A stretch of 64,000 nucleotides of DNA, taken from contig MU271407.1 in the NCBI GenBank assembly GCA_021432655.1, forward strand, positions 1-64,000, written 5' to 3'. Shown here piece by piece: positions 23,144 to 36,135 of the stretch. Position 1 is the stretch's first letter. Each line of letters begins with the position of its first letter. The notes beneath the pieces are model-generated. The model was not told where the DNA came from. It saw nothing but the letters and a program-made list of their open reading frames with translations, and did not search any database. Position numbers and translations under genes: made by a program. This DNA comes from Atractiella rhizophila. Taxonomy: Eukaryota.

Positions 23144-25478
23144 TTATGAAGATGTGCTCTCATCGTCGTCCTTTTTCGCGCTCGGCTCTTTCATCCCTGT
23201 TTTAACTTGCACAACCTGCAAGGACGATTCAATTTCAAATTTTCACAACAATGGGGAGACGCACCTCGAAAATTTTCAACATCTTCCTCCTGGCTCCTAG
23301 GGCCGCAACTCCTTTAGCTTCCAGCTGAGCGTCATCCATGACGACCATGTCCTTCCAGGTCATGCCTTGGAAATTATCAGTATACTGCAACGAACAAGGC
23401 ATCGTCAGATTTATGTTTCCACGAGTTGGAGCGGAACGAACTTTATGCAACCTCAAGCTCCTGAGCCACCCTGGTACATCGTTCAAAAGGTTCATGTCGA
23501 TAGCCTCCTCTGGATTCGCTCCGGAACCTGCGACAACTGGCTTGTTTCCACTTCGATTATTATCCCTTCCAGGGCTCCTCCTATTCGCTCCCATACCTCC
23601 CATTCCCATCATTCCCATACCTCCCATTCCCATTCCCATACCCATCCCAAGACGACCAGGGGACAGTCCACCACCCATCATTCCCATTGCAGCTTGCATA
23701 TTCTGCAATTGCTGAAGCTGTTGAACTTGCTGTTGAGCCGCCAGCAAGTTCATCATAGCTTGATTCGGACTGAGACCTCCCATGCCCATGCCTCCCATTC
23801 CCATTCCCATTCCACCCATCGCAAACATGGACGAATCGTCGCTTATGCCACTGCCCGTTCCCGACATGGCACCAGGGCTCAAGAGACCAGACCTCCAATT
23901 ATTCTGCGCCTGGATAGCTGCCGCCTGAAGACCGGGAGGGAGAGGAGAGTTGTTAGAATTCGCCACCGAGTTCGCGGCGGACGGTCTCCTGTTACCGCCA
24001 AACGAGTTTGAGTCGTACATCCCACTGAGAGCGCCACCGCCCATGGAGAGTTGCATGGAATGTGGCACGTTCGCGCTGCCGTTTCCGTTCGAGGATCCAC
24101 CGATGGTGCGTGCGTTCCTCCTGAACTTCCTGGCATCATCCAGTGTGAATCCCTCCTTCTTCCCATTTTCCTTGCTCGCTCCAGAATCTCCTCCCGTCGC
24201 TTTGCCCCAATCTCCAGCACCGCCGAGCTTTGAGTTGACCGATCCCAGGTCCGGAGTATGATTATTGAACATGGGAACCATAGGAGTATTGACCATAGAC
24301 GCCCAGTTCCCGCCAACAATAGGCGACAGCTGATCCTCCAACTTCATGCCTCCTGCCCTCACAGTCGCCACCTGAGGGCTGAGCATTCCATTGGGGAACG
24401 CATTGCCCACCGTCAACGTCTGTCCGCTTCCGGTGGCCGCTGTTTCAGCTGCAGCTTCGACAGCAGCGGACGGTTCGGGGCTCTTCCTATCCGCGTCATT
24501 CCAGAGCTTTTCGTCCTTCAACAGAGCCGGCGCGGAGATCCTATTCGCTTGCGCCTTGTTCAATTTCGCTCGTTGTTCGGCAAGGGTTGCAGCTGGATCT
24601 TCAGCCTGGACGGCGGGGCTGCGGTTCGTGTTCGCGTTCGGGGAGAGATGCTCGCCTGCTCCGAGGGATTGACGACCGGCTGCTGAAAAGTTGCGGGAGG
24701 ACGGAGACGGTGGAATGGGTACGGGTGACTTAAGACCCATTTGAGCTAGCTTGGCTTCCATTTGCGCTTCCATTGACGCTTCAGTTGATACACCTGTCAG
24801 CAAAGTCATCTTTGAGGAAAGATAAGACGAACCCTGAGCAGGATTGGCAGGGGAGAGGAGAGCGGTCATAGGATCGGCCCTGTTCATCTGCTGGAGGACT
24901 GTTAGGAAGAATCGGATCTGGACCTGTGTGCAGTTCTGGATTAGAGAGTAGAGAGCAGCTGTACGTTCGGCTTCCGAGAGAACTTTGAACCATTGCTCGA
25001 TGGCGCTCAGCTCTTCTTTGAAATTAGGGTCTAGAGAAGCAGCCGCCATCTCCTCCAAAGTGGCTTCATAATTTTGGAGATCTTCAAACCATTTATCGAT
25101 CGCTTCGGCTAACGACCGGACAGAGGTCATTCACTTCCATTTCTAAGCAAAAAAAGGTGGCGCACATTCCGGAGACACAAAATTTCCCAATCCTCCACCA
25201 CCCAATCCCAACATCTCAGAACTGGGCCTTCCTCTCCCTCCGGGACTCATAGGGAAAGGACTTCCAGCTCCGGCAGCGATATTGAGGGATTTCCCCACGT
25301 CCACGGACGACCGAAGTTTGTTCGGTGCTGGGCTGAGTGCAGGAGCAGGGGAGGGAGAGGTGGAATTGCCGGAATGGGAGTGCGAGTGCGCGTGCTTCGA
25401 GGGAGAGAGCTTGGAGGACGGGGCAGAGTTGGGGTTGTTGCTGGGCGAGGGACTCTTGTTCGGTGTGAGGGAGGCCAT
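23144..25478 (-). CDS. VTS1: SAM-domain RNA-binding protein Vts1/Smaug
   Basis: ELSAIEQWFKVLSEAERTAALYSL...QIRFF and SAM domain DVPGWLRSLRLHKYTDNF...GVAALGARRKMLKIFE, with a Met/Gly-rich low-complexity middle. Confidence 0.93.
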
Positions 25479-25853
25479 GTTTCGAATTTGTTCGTTTCCG
25501 CTAGTCCAATTGCAAGTTCAGCGTAGGTTTTTGGAATGTAGATGTAGGTGTAGAATGTGCTGAGCACGAGTAGGTATTGAAGGTGATCCGGCAGTTACTG
25601 TAATGTTGGAAGAGCCTTCTTTGGGTCTTCGTTCACTCGAATACTATTATTATCCTGCCGCTCGCTAGCGAAGCGGAACAGCCAGCTTCAATAATATTGC
25701 TGTTCGCCACAATGCGGTCACCATCCACGCTACCCCTACACCATGGACCAAAACGCACCTGATGTTCTACTCCAACAAAAACTCTTTACAGAACTCGACG
25801 TAAAGCGAGTTTTACAGGCTGGAGTGAATGAATTTCGGCGAATGCGTGCGCTT

Positions 25854-26271
25854 CGGACCTGAAGCCTGCAGTTACAACACCGTGGTGACCGCGAGATTCT
25901 GTGAAAGATGTATGGACGGTTTCGCCTTTAGTGTTACGTGGGAAGGAACTACGAAGGAGTATGCAGAAGGTGAAGTAGGATTGTTCGTCAGCAGTGAGTG
26001 GAATCAAGCTTTTCGCGCAATTTCGCCTCATGTATTGTGTTGCAGACCTTGAGCAATATTGCGCGTGAGGAATTCTTCCATGATGAAAGATGCGAGCTTA
26101 AGCATTGCTGCAAGCTCCTCGCCGCGATGCTACGACGTCCTAACTGATCGACCCATCACAACTGACTCGTGTTCTTCGGACGGCACACCTGTATCAGGAG
26201 ACTCTCGCGTCCCAAGAATCGGAATGCACTACGGATGGATTGTCGCTTTCATCACGATTGCGCTACAGTAA
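25854..26271 (+). pseudogene. 5'-truncated copy of a small Cys-rich, GPI-like secreted protein gene
   Basis: GPEACSYNTVVTARFCERC...SSPRCYDVL...YGWIVAFITIALQ*, with no signal-peptide exon upstream. Confidence 0.55.
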
Positions 26272-26559
26272 TTGTTTAGATCAGCTTCACGTTTCTCCAT
26301 TCTCATTAGACTCGCCTTATCGTCTTCTGCAATGTTATGACACATTTTGTATACCTATCACCCTTGAGTCGCAAACTGGAAATCGGAAGCAGAGTGAACT
26401 TCTCGTTGATTCCCAGTTAAAACTTTCATGGCTTCTTCAGATACCAGCGAGAGTACACTACGCTGCCGTTAATTTGACACATTCTGATTTGGTATCGGTC
26501 TAAGAAATACACATCTGAGAAATAACAAGAACTGGTCGCTTGTCTCCCTGCCCACCACC

Positions 26560-27641
26560 CTACTCTTCGCTCCCGCTGCCAGACTCACCATCGCTATCAG
26601 CGACAACGTCGCCCATATCCATCATGACCTGTCCACCCTCATGCTTTCTTAGAAGCTTCTTTAGCTTCTCTTCATCCTCAGTAGGGTTATGTGCAGGCAG
26701 GAGATCGATGGGTTTCCGATTGAATTTGTCTTTGATCCTACAACGTAACCCCTTCAGAATTCAACCTCTGAGACAGAAGCAGACGTACCGCGGATCTGCT
26801 CCTGCTTGTAACAGCATTTCCACTATACCATAACGAGCTTGTGCGTGATCAATTTTTTGTACTGCAAGGTGTAGCGGTGTTTGCTTGTCGAGCTTATTTT
26901 GAGGATCCACATCGGTTCCTAATACAAGAAAACATCAGCTCCGTAGCAAGTGATGGTTTAGCAATAAAAGATAGCCGTTCCTAAGTCTCCCCAAATGTTC
27001 TGACTCCATGACATCGCTCGTCATGAACACACAAGGATATGATCTACCACATCAAAATGGAGTAAAGACAAAGCCACTGAAATTCTGGAGAATTTGACCG
27101 TGAGAACAGGCTTAAGCGCGAAACCGCTTCATCCCTAAGAACGAGAACAAGAGATCTAAGTTGTCGATGCAAATTGATCAACATTTCATCTCGAAACCAC
27201 CTTATAGGTAGAAAGCTATAGCAATCCATAATAAAGATAGGCTAGTCCTCGCTCTCCACATTTAAGAGACTTGTCACAAATTACATTTTGTTTATTTTCA
27301 AGGCTTGGAAAGGAAAACAAACTAAGAATTCGGTACTCTTGCAGAGCTAGAGCTCCCTAGTTTTCTGCATTTCAAAACAAGAGCACAACTCCAATCTGCT
27401 AAAACATCCTTAATCTAGCAGAGCTGAGTGCTGCTGATAAGAGATAGACTGGTTGGAGAAAGGTAGAATGAGCATATTCATTGCTCTCCTCCTAATGAAG
27501 AGCAGGAATCGACCCAGTCCCTACTCTTCCTCTGCGCTGGTGGAGCGAAACATCATTGGTTTGTTGATACACATTTCCAACGTCATACATCTTCATTTTG
27601 AGAGAAAACGCACCGTCGTGATCCAGTAGCAGCTCCAAGAC
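26560..27641 (-). pseudogene. 5'-truncated duplicate of the ankyrin-repeat gene
   Basis: Starts at VLELLLDHD, retains the long intron and 3' exons, and lacks the MSEGASP N-terminal exons. Confidence 0.8.
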
Positions 27642-28242
27642 TTGGCCACCCTTCTGCTCTTTTCTTCCTTTGCTATCGTCCTGTCTCTTCCCCAGGCACA
27701 AACAGATTCTGTCTCTAACAGTCGTCCTACGCCGACTGCACCACCAGAAACACCTTCTTCGACGGGAGGAAGTGCAAGCTCCTATCAGTGTGCGCAACAA
27801 TGCAACGATTTTGCATCAGTTGCGGGCGGACCTGAAGCCTGCAGTTACAACACCGTGGTGACCGCGAGATTCTGTGAAAGATGTATGGACGGTTTCGCCT
27901 TTAGTGTTACGTGGGAAGGAACTACGACGGAGTATGCAGAAGGTGAAGCAGGATTGTTCGTCAGCAGTGAGTGGAATCAAGCTTTTCGCGCAATTTCGCC
28001 TCATGTATTGCGTGCAGACCTTGAGGAATATTGCGCCTGAGGAATTCTTCCATGATGAAGATGCGATCTTAAGAATTACTTCAAGCTCCTCGCCCCGATG
28101 CTACGACGTCCTAACTGATCGACCCATCACACCTGACGCGTGTTCTTCGGACGGCACACTTGGATCCGGGGACTCTCGTGCCTCAAGAATCGGAATGCAT
28201 TACGGATGGATTGTCGCTTTCATCACGATTGCGCTACAGTAA
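27642..28242 (+). pseudogene. Small Cys-rich secreted/GPI-like protein gene copy lacking an ATG and one splice donor
   Basis: Signal-like LATLLLFSSFAIVLSLPQAQ, Ser/Thr/Pro linker, Cys-rich core and hydrophobic tail. An in-frame TAG lies just upstream. The donor GTGAGG of copy 1 (26065) is CTGAGG here (28037). Confidence 0.55.
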
Positions 28243-28529
28243 TTGTTTACATCAGCCTCACGTTTCTCCTTCTCATTGGACTCGCCTTATCGTCTTCTGC
28301 AATGATATGACACCTTTTGTATACCTATCTCCTATGAGTCGCAAACTGGAGATCGGAAGCAGGGTGAACTTCTTGTTGATTCACAGTTAAAACTTTCATG
28401 GCTTCTTCAGATACCAGCGAGAGTACACTACGCTGCCGTTAATTTGACACATTCTGATTTGGTATCGGTCTAAGAAATACACATCTGAGAAATAACAAGA
28501 ACTGGTCGCTTCTCTCCCTGCCCACCACT

Positions 28530-29985
28530 CTACTCTTCGCTCCCGCTGCCAGACTCACCATCGCTATCAGCGACAACGTCGCCCATATCCATCATGACCT
28601 GTCCACCCTCATGCTTTCTTAGAAGCTTCTTTAGCTTCTCTTCATCCTCAGTAGGGTTATGTGCAGGCAGGAGATCGATGGGTTTCCGATTGAATTTGTC
28701 TTTGATCCTACAACGTAACCCCTTCAGAATTCAACCTCTGAGAGAGAAGCAGACGTACCGCGGATCTGCTCCTGCTTGTAACAGCATTTCCACTATACCA
28801 TAACGAGCTTGTGCGTGATCAATTTTGTGTACTGCAAGGTGTAGCGGTGTTTGCTTGTCGAGCTTATTTTGAGGATCCACATCGGTTCCTAATACAAGAA
28901 AACATCAGCTCCGCAGCAAGTGATGGTTTAGCAATAAAAGATAGCCGTTCCTAAGTCTCCCCAAATGTTCTGACTCCATGACATCTCGTCATGAACACAC
29001 AAGGACATGATCTACCACATCAAAATGGAGTAAAGACAAAGCCACTGAAACTCTGGAGAATTTGACCGTGAGAACAGGCTTAAGCGTGAAACCGCTTCAT
29101 CCCTAAGAACGAGAACAAGAGATCTAAGTTGTCGATGCAAGTTGATCAACATTTCATCTCGAAACCACCTTATAGGTAGAAAGCTATAGCAATCCATAAT
29201 AAAGATAGGCTAGTCCTCGCTCTCCACATTTAAGAGACTTGTCACAAATTACATTTCGTTTATTTCAAGGCTTGGAAAGGAAAACAAAGTAAGAATTCGG
29301 TACTCTTGCAGAGCTAGAGCTCCCTAGTTTTCTGGATTTCAAAACAAGAGCATAACTCCAATCTGCTAAAACATCCTTAATCTAGCAGAGCTGAGTGCTG
29401 CTGATAAGAGATAGACTGGTTGGAGAAAGATAGAATGAGCATATTCATTGCTCTCCTCCGAATGAAGAGCAGGAATCGCCCAGTTTCTACTCTTCCTCTG
29501 CGCTAGTAGAGCGAAACATCATTGGTTTGTTGATACACATTTCCAACGCCATATATCTTCATTTTGAGAGAAAACGCACCGTCGTGATCCAGTAGCAGCT
29601 CCAAGACATCTGGCGAAGGAACGCTCGCGCTTCCACCCCATCCATGGTCATCAATAGATCCTCCAACCCCACGTTCACCGGGTAGAGACGCTCACGCATA
29701 GTGCAAAGCTACCCAGTTAAAATCAGCAAAGTTAGGATCGTCGTAAAGGAAGATTCAGGAGGCAGGTGTCATTTGAGAAACGTACGGGTCATTCCCAATC
29801 CATCCACACAGTTAACATCCCAATCTTTCCCTTCGCCCGGGGTAGCAAAGACTTCTTCCACCATGTCTTGGGCATCGCTTTTCGCAGCGAAGAGGAGTCG
29901 TTCATCTTTGCATTGTCCCAGATCAGAATCTGGGCTCATCTGCACAGTAAATAAATATCATACTGGGAGAGGCGCCTTCAGACAT
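28530..29985 (-). CDS. Conserved fungal ankyrin-repeat protein (resembles yeast YGL242C)
   Basis: Spliced MSEGASPNERLLFAAKSD...DVNCVDGLGMTPLHYA..SVPSPDVLELLLDHDGTDVDPQNKLDKQTPLHLAV...MLLQAGADPRIKDK, ending in an acidic tail. Confidence 0.85.
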
Positions 29986-31005
29986 CTTTCAAGCCGTGCG
30001 TTGACAAGTGTGGTTGGGAGGTAAGTGTGTAGGAGACAAGAATCCGAATATATTGGACAAGCAAATCGACAACAGAGATTGGGTTCGGGTGCCTGATTTC
30101 CTGCCGCCGACCAAGTTAGAATTTAGGACAGGGAAAATGATCAATGCTCATTGGTGACAATCCTGGTCTTGTATCGTGATGGCCATTAGTGGAATATTTC
30201 GCAAATCACGAAATGTCGAATATTCTCACATCGCAGTTCTTTCAACAATCAGCGTGGCCAAACTTCATGTATCTGCGGATTAAATATTTTGTCATCGACT
30301 TGATAGAAATATTACAGTTTATGCAGCGAGGGCGAGCTGCGGGCAGCGCGCAACTGAAGGTGCACTTCAAGAGTTTCTTTGGCGATGCAGACGCAGTACC
30401 CAACCGCTAGCACTGGGTCGGAGTCGCTTCGGCATGGGGACACCAACAGTCATCGAGAGCGCCGACAGAGATGGAGACCAGAGTTACGTCTTCAGCACAG
30501 AAGAGCATTCGTTACATTTTGAAGAAGGAGGAGCAGATGGAGAGACGTAGCCACCGAATGCGGCCATGCAAGTGCAATCAGTTCAAAGGCGAAACATTGG
30601 ATTTTTACCCTTTTCCTTACTTCAAATTTGTTACAATCTCCCGTTATGATGAGGGAGTCTTTTGGATAGGCTTTGTGGGCCACCCGTCACTCTTTTCCGC
30701 TTCATATTTGTCGTGGACAGATTGCTGCTTCCTCCTTATCGGGCACCGAAGTCGGATACAACAACCAACACCATCGCTTTCGGAGCTCGCTTCCCAAAGA
30801 CATCTCCGTCTGATTCATCCCCCTTCATCTTCGGTTTAGGATGCCGGCGACTGATAACAGTTGACAGACCTTCATTTGCCGCGAAGCGTCGTGGGCTGTC
30901 AACGAGGCACTTATAACCAACTCCATCTTTGTTTACTCGGCGTCTTGAAGCCCTCCGCTAAGAACTAACTTGAAAGGTTCACATTTAGCGAAAACTCAGT
31001 TGGCA

Positions 31006-31842
31006 ATGAAGCTCTTGCTCACGGGTGCAACAGGTCTTGTCGGCTCAGAGGTATCGTTGAATGTTCTGTTCTCCAGTTGAATTCTTTAACAGAAAGTGTA
31101 TTGAATAGGTGCTACGACAAGCGCTCTCCTCTCCTCACGTCCAAAAAATCACAGTCCTAACACGCCGTCCTCTCCCGCCATCTTTCAGCTCTCCAAAACT
31201 GACCGTGCACATCCATTCGGACTTTACATCCTACCCAACGTTTCTCGACCTCGCTGGACACACGGCCTGCATCTGGTCTCTGGGGCCGTCGAGCAATGGG
31301 ATGAAGGAGAAAGAGTACACGGTCGCGACATACGACTACCCGTTGGAGTTCGCTAGGGCGGTCGTGCGTGCTAAAGAAGAGACAGAAGAACCGTTCAACT
31401 TCGTCTTCGTTTCCGCAAGAGCGGCGAGGCAGGATGAAGGGAAAACTTCGCTGATGTATGGCCGCGTCAAGGTTCTGTATTTTCTCGCCCAACCCAACCA
31501 AAATATTTTTTTATTTACTTTGTTCCACAGGGACGCGCAGAAAAGGACTTGCTGGCACTCTCCCCCTCCAAACTGAACGTCCTCCCCTTCCGTCCCTCTG
31601 CCATCATGCCCCACGGCGGCTGGAAGACGTACGAGACGAAACACAAGCTCGCGACGTTGATTACAAAGCCTTGGAGTTTGTTGGATAAGGACATCGAGAT
31701 CACGGACGCGCAAGTCGCCAGTGGATTGCTGTATAGCGCTTATACGGGTGCGAGGGAGGAAGGCGCCAGGGGCGAGGCGGTGGAAGCGAGTGAGATCAAG
31801 AGGTTGGCGGCCAAGTGGGAGGAGATGAATCGAAATCGATAG
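31006..31842 (+). CDS. NAD(P)-binding Rossmann-fold protein (atypical SDR, TIP30/Fmp52-like)
   Basis: MKLLLTGATGLVGSEVLRQAL...VLTRRPL...TYDYPLEFA...FVFVSA...YGRVKGRAEKDL...FRPS; two introns. Confidence 0.88.
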
Positions 31843-32480
31843 ACAAGGGATACCAATCCCTCTCCTTGTTCTGTCCAAAGAAGCGGCTTATATGTATCTC
31901 ACCCCTCCCATGCCCTTCATTTCCTTTACCTCAATATGACTCTGGATCCTTATTGTTGAAATAAACAGCTGGTATTGCATTCAGGGACTTTCGTGCCACC
32001 GCCTCCAATGCAAGCTAATTGTTATGACATTGGGCGTATGAGCACCTTGGCCGCCTTACAACAATCCAGCCACAGGGTTCCAAGTTGCGAGTTAGCCTCT
32101 ATTCCGCTTGAAGGAGCTCTTGGGATTTCTGCACTTTCGGTGCCACGGACACCACTACACTTTCGGCCGAGTACCCCAACAGGGTCAACCAAAAGGCCAA
32201 TCACTGGTGGATTGTCAGGACAATGTGAAAGAGATGCGGCGCGGAAAGGGATGATAGAGAGTCACACAGTCCCCTCCTCATTGCCAAAGTGGCTCTTTGA
32301 CTGCCGTAAGGCTAGTTTAGGGCAAGCGGGAAGCGGCACCCAAGACTCTCGTGGCAGGTGGAGCTTGGGACTTGGCTGTCTCCTGTCTCTTGATCTTCTG
32401 GGTATATAAGTTGGCGCTTCTTTCCTTGCCCACATTGCATCATTTATTGATGACATTGACACTGTGCATGCAATAACACG

Positions 32481-34597
32481 ATGTATGCTGCACTCTGGCT
32501 TGCCATCCTGCTCACCACCGCCAAATCATCCCCAACTCCAACGCCCACTCCATCGACATCGCTCCATACGCCAGCCACCAATCCATCGGCTAAACTCCTC
32601 CGGCGATCCAATCAACGACAGACATCCCTCTCCTCCTACGCCCAGTCAGTCCGCCGCTCCATACGCACCCGCTATTCCCCCTCTCAGGTTCAATCTCCAT
32701 CTCAATCACACAAATCTCGAGATGTGGGTACAGAGGAAGTGGAAAAGGAGAAGGAGAACATGAGCAAACGCGCACCGTACGGTTCCATCGACCTGTACAA
32801 CGCTGGCGACGTATCCTACTTCTCCCAACGTCCGTCTGTTCTTTCTTCCCTTCTTCCTCTGTCTTGCTGACCAAAGAATGAACAATACAGTCGAGTTAGG
32901 CTCGCCTCCCAAACCGTTCTTCGTTCTCCTCGACACGGGATCCTCTGACCTCTGGATCGCCTCCTCGACCTGTTCCGAGGACGACGGGTGTCCCGAAGGA
33001 GTGGAGCGGTACGTTGGAGGGAGTGAAGAGATAGAGAAGCCATTCGAGGTCAGTATCCATTTTGACTTCCGTCCTCCGCATTGTGTGTCATCCTGCTGCC
33101 TTCCAATATTTCAAGAAGTCCCTCTTGCAGCCTGGTTTCTTCAACCAAACTGCCTACCGGAACTAGGGCTGATCTCTTCGTTCGCTTCCAGATAACGTAT
33201 GGCTTTGGTACTGCCCGCGGACACCTCGTGAAAGACAGAGTAGCGATAGCAGGCCACGCAGTCGGGAACCAAGTCTTTGGTCCGTCCCCCCTAATCCCCC
33301 CAACACAACAACCAACAAAAAAAAAACCCCCCCCGAACCCCCCAAAACCGGGCCGCCCCAACCCCCCCCCACCGGAATCCCCCGGAACTTCCTTCTATTA
33401 TCCGACTCGAGAACGGTGCGACTGACGGATGAATGGAAAGGTCTAGGCTTCCGGTCCATCGCCCACTCTGGAGCCGTACCCCTGGTCGAGGCACTCGCAG
33501 AGAGTGGGACGCTCCTTCAGCCCTTGGTGTCGTTCGCCATGACGCGATCCATCGACTCGCCTAGTAAGTTCTGCATCCACATCCTTTCCTCTGAATGCAA
33601 CGGGATGGATGAAATACTGACGAGTTAACCTCGGTGCAACAGACGGAAAAGCGGTGCATCCTGGAGGCGTCATGACTTTAGGAAGGACAGAGGAAGGCCT
33701 ATATGAGGGAGAGATTGAGTGGTTCGATGTGTTATTGGATGAAGGAGAGGAAGAACCTGGATACTGGGCCGTCCAGTTAGAGTCCATCGGGATCGGGGTG
33801 GGAGGAATTGGTGAGAGAGTGGAGGTCGAGGTCAAAACAAAGGCAGTGGTTGATACGTGAGTTCTCGCTTTCAATTTTTCTTCGAAAGAAGACGAGCTGA
33901 TGCGGGGCATGATTGGCGCAGTGGCACGTCCCTCATCGGCGGGCCGCCGTCCCAGATCGAAGAGTTGTACCGACACATCTCTGGCGCGAGGAGGATCACG
34001 GACGATTCGGCTTTCGAAGGCTTCTACGAGCTTCCCTGCTCTCTCTCCCTCAACCTTTCCTTCTCCTTCTCCTCCACCGCACCCTCAGCGGCCTCAACCT
34101 CAACCCCTTATCCTCTCAATCCTCTGGACCTCAACCTAGGATACCGCTCCTCAACGAACGACGGCACCCGCTACTGTCTCAGTGGCATATATGCACATGA
34201 CCTCTCCACCGCTCAAGGGATACTAGGGGACGCGTGGCTGAAAAACGTCTATTCCGTCTTCCGCTACTCCACCCCGTCCAGCACAGACACCTCAACAGCT
34301 TTCAATTCAGAGTTCGATTCAGACTTTAATGGATCCGCAAATGGAATTGCGAATGGGAGGGGAGCAGCGATCGGGTTCGCGCGCCTAAACGAGACGGCAA
34401 TGGTGGCATTGGAAGAGGACAAGGATTCGTTGGATGTGCTCGACGGGGTAAGCGTGAGTGTGGTCGGGTGGCCGCGGCCGACGAATGAGCTTGCGGAGGC
34501 AGGTGGCAGCACTAGTAGTTTGCGAATTGGTAGAGGGTTAGTGTGTATATGGCTCATCCTTTTGCTGGGAATGCCTTGGGTTCTGCTGTTTACGTAG
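32481..34597 (+). CDS. Secreted pepsin-family (A1) aspartic protease with a C-terminal hydrophobic anchor
   Basis: Signal peptide; catalytic motifs VLLDTGSSDLWI and AVVDT/GTSLIGGP; ILGDAWLKNVYSVF; hydrophobic C-terminus. One exon near 33280-33400 is unreadable. Confidence 0.92.
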
Positions 34598-34902
34598 GGC
34601 GACCATCTCATGCAATTGTTGACCCAAATTTTCAGCTTGCAGGCAGACTGGTACAAAACGTCAATTCCACATGAGGGATTGTTTGGCAAGATCGGAGATG
34701 AGATGAGAGATTCGCTTCGGCATAATATTGGGCTGGGGTGCTCGACAGGACGTCCAATCCCAGCAAGCATGCACCGCGCATTGCCTGCATGACCCATTAT
34801 TATATGTCGAAGGTGCATATGGGTGAAGCAAGATATAATCCTCGAGCCGTCGCTGCTCCCAGGCTCAAGCATTTCCATAAGGCTACGAGAGAACGAACTG
34901 GC

Positions 34903-36072
34903 ATGATGGAAGAAGAGCACGACTCGCCTATCGCCATGCGCGTCTACGTCCGCGACGAGGTCTTCCATCTCACAACCTCGCAGATCGCCTTCGATTCCCC
35001 AGAGTCCAACCTCTTCTCCACCTCCCTTGCTCGCGGCGTTCGAGTGCTTAAGAGCGACATGTCGCCTTCACTTTTCTCCTTGATAATCGACCATCTCTCC
35101 GGATACCCGATCTTCCCTCTCCCTCCATCAACGAATGTCAACCTAAATTACCTCCTCCTCGACGCTCAGCGGCTAGGACTAGACGACCTCGAGAGGATGG
35201 TGAAGAAGGAAATGTTTCGCACCAAATCCCTCCCGTTCCTCGACCGCGAGCATGTCAGAAATCTGGTTACAGCGTCCACGACAGGGAACGGGAGTGGAAG
35301 TGGAAGCGAACCTCTGGACGTGACCCGCTTGTTAAAGAATCCTGAGATGTTTGCTTCGATTTCTGAGGTTGTTGAACCGACATTGGAGGACGATGAGGGG
35401 ATATACAAACTCTCGCAGATATCTGTCTCGTCGGTCGTTTCATCCCCATCCAGGAATCGGACAACGATTACTGACATCTTAGCAGGATGACTTTCTCAAA
35501 AGTGACAACAGAAGATTCAGACAAGGAAGAGGAGCGGTGCGAGATCACGCTCAAGAGCCAACATCCCTTTAAATACATCGAGTTCCCGACTGTTCACATC
35601 CCCAAACGTCTGTGGGGGACCCTGCCAATCTATCTCCTGAAGGAAGGCGGAGGAATGGAGAAGCTCACAGTCGAAGAGATGCGCTCAAAATTCGGGGATG
35701 GTCCAACTCTCCTTTCTGCGATAACCATCATTTTGATTGCTACCGAGTGCCAGGGACGGTTTTATCAGCTGAAGGGGTTTCTGGGAATGATAGCATATGC
35801 CTTGAAGGATGTGGTGGGAAATCTGATGGAGTTGTTGCACTCATCCCATTGAGACCATGGGCGTGGATGACGATATTGATTTGAAACATGACCAGACATC
35901 TTGGACACACATTAGTCGTGCGATGTCTGGAGTATTCATGATCCGATGGAGCAACTTGCAATATGAATATGAAGATCCAACCAGAGTCACTAGCAGTAAC
36001 AGTGTAGAGTTGTCATGGGAATTGAATCAAGTGCAAGCGAATAAAAAGGAAATTTGTTCAGCAGCAAAGTAA
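34903..36072 (+). CDS. BTB/POZ-domain protein
   Basis: VYVRDEVFHLTTSQIAFDSPESNLF...DMSPSLFSLIIDHLSGYPIFPL...LLLDAQRLGLDDL fits a fungal BTB domain. Downstream exons are inferred. Confidence 0.72.
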
Positions 36073-36135
36073 CTTCAAGGGCATTCAGGTGAAACGCCTG
36101 ATGAATATTAACCACTTTCCTTTTGACCAGTCGCC

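Larger units (their letters stand above)
25854..29607. repeat. Near-identical direct duplication: 25854-27641 and 27827-29607, separated by 185 unique bp
   Basis: Both copies run from CGGACCTGAAGCCTGCAG to GCAGCTCCAAGAC and differ by scattered substitutions and small indels. Confidence 0.97.

Noticed and set aside
22122..24686. Long antisense ORFs over SRRM1 and VTS1
   Set aside because: These are shadows of low-complexity coding sequence on the opposite strand.
33280..33400. Poly-C/A Pro-rich insertion in the aspartic protease
   Set aside because: It replaces an expected exon with homopolymer-rich sequence and is most likely low-quality assembly.
36084..36105. Hammerhead-like GAAAC and CTGATGA motifs
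   Set aside because: The motifs are adjacent, leaving no room for the required stems or cleavage triplet.
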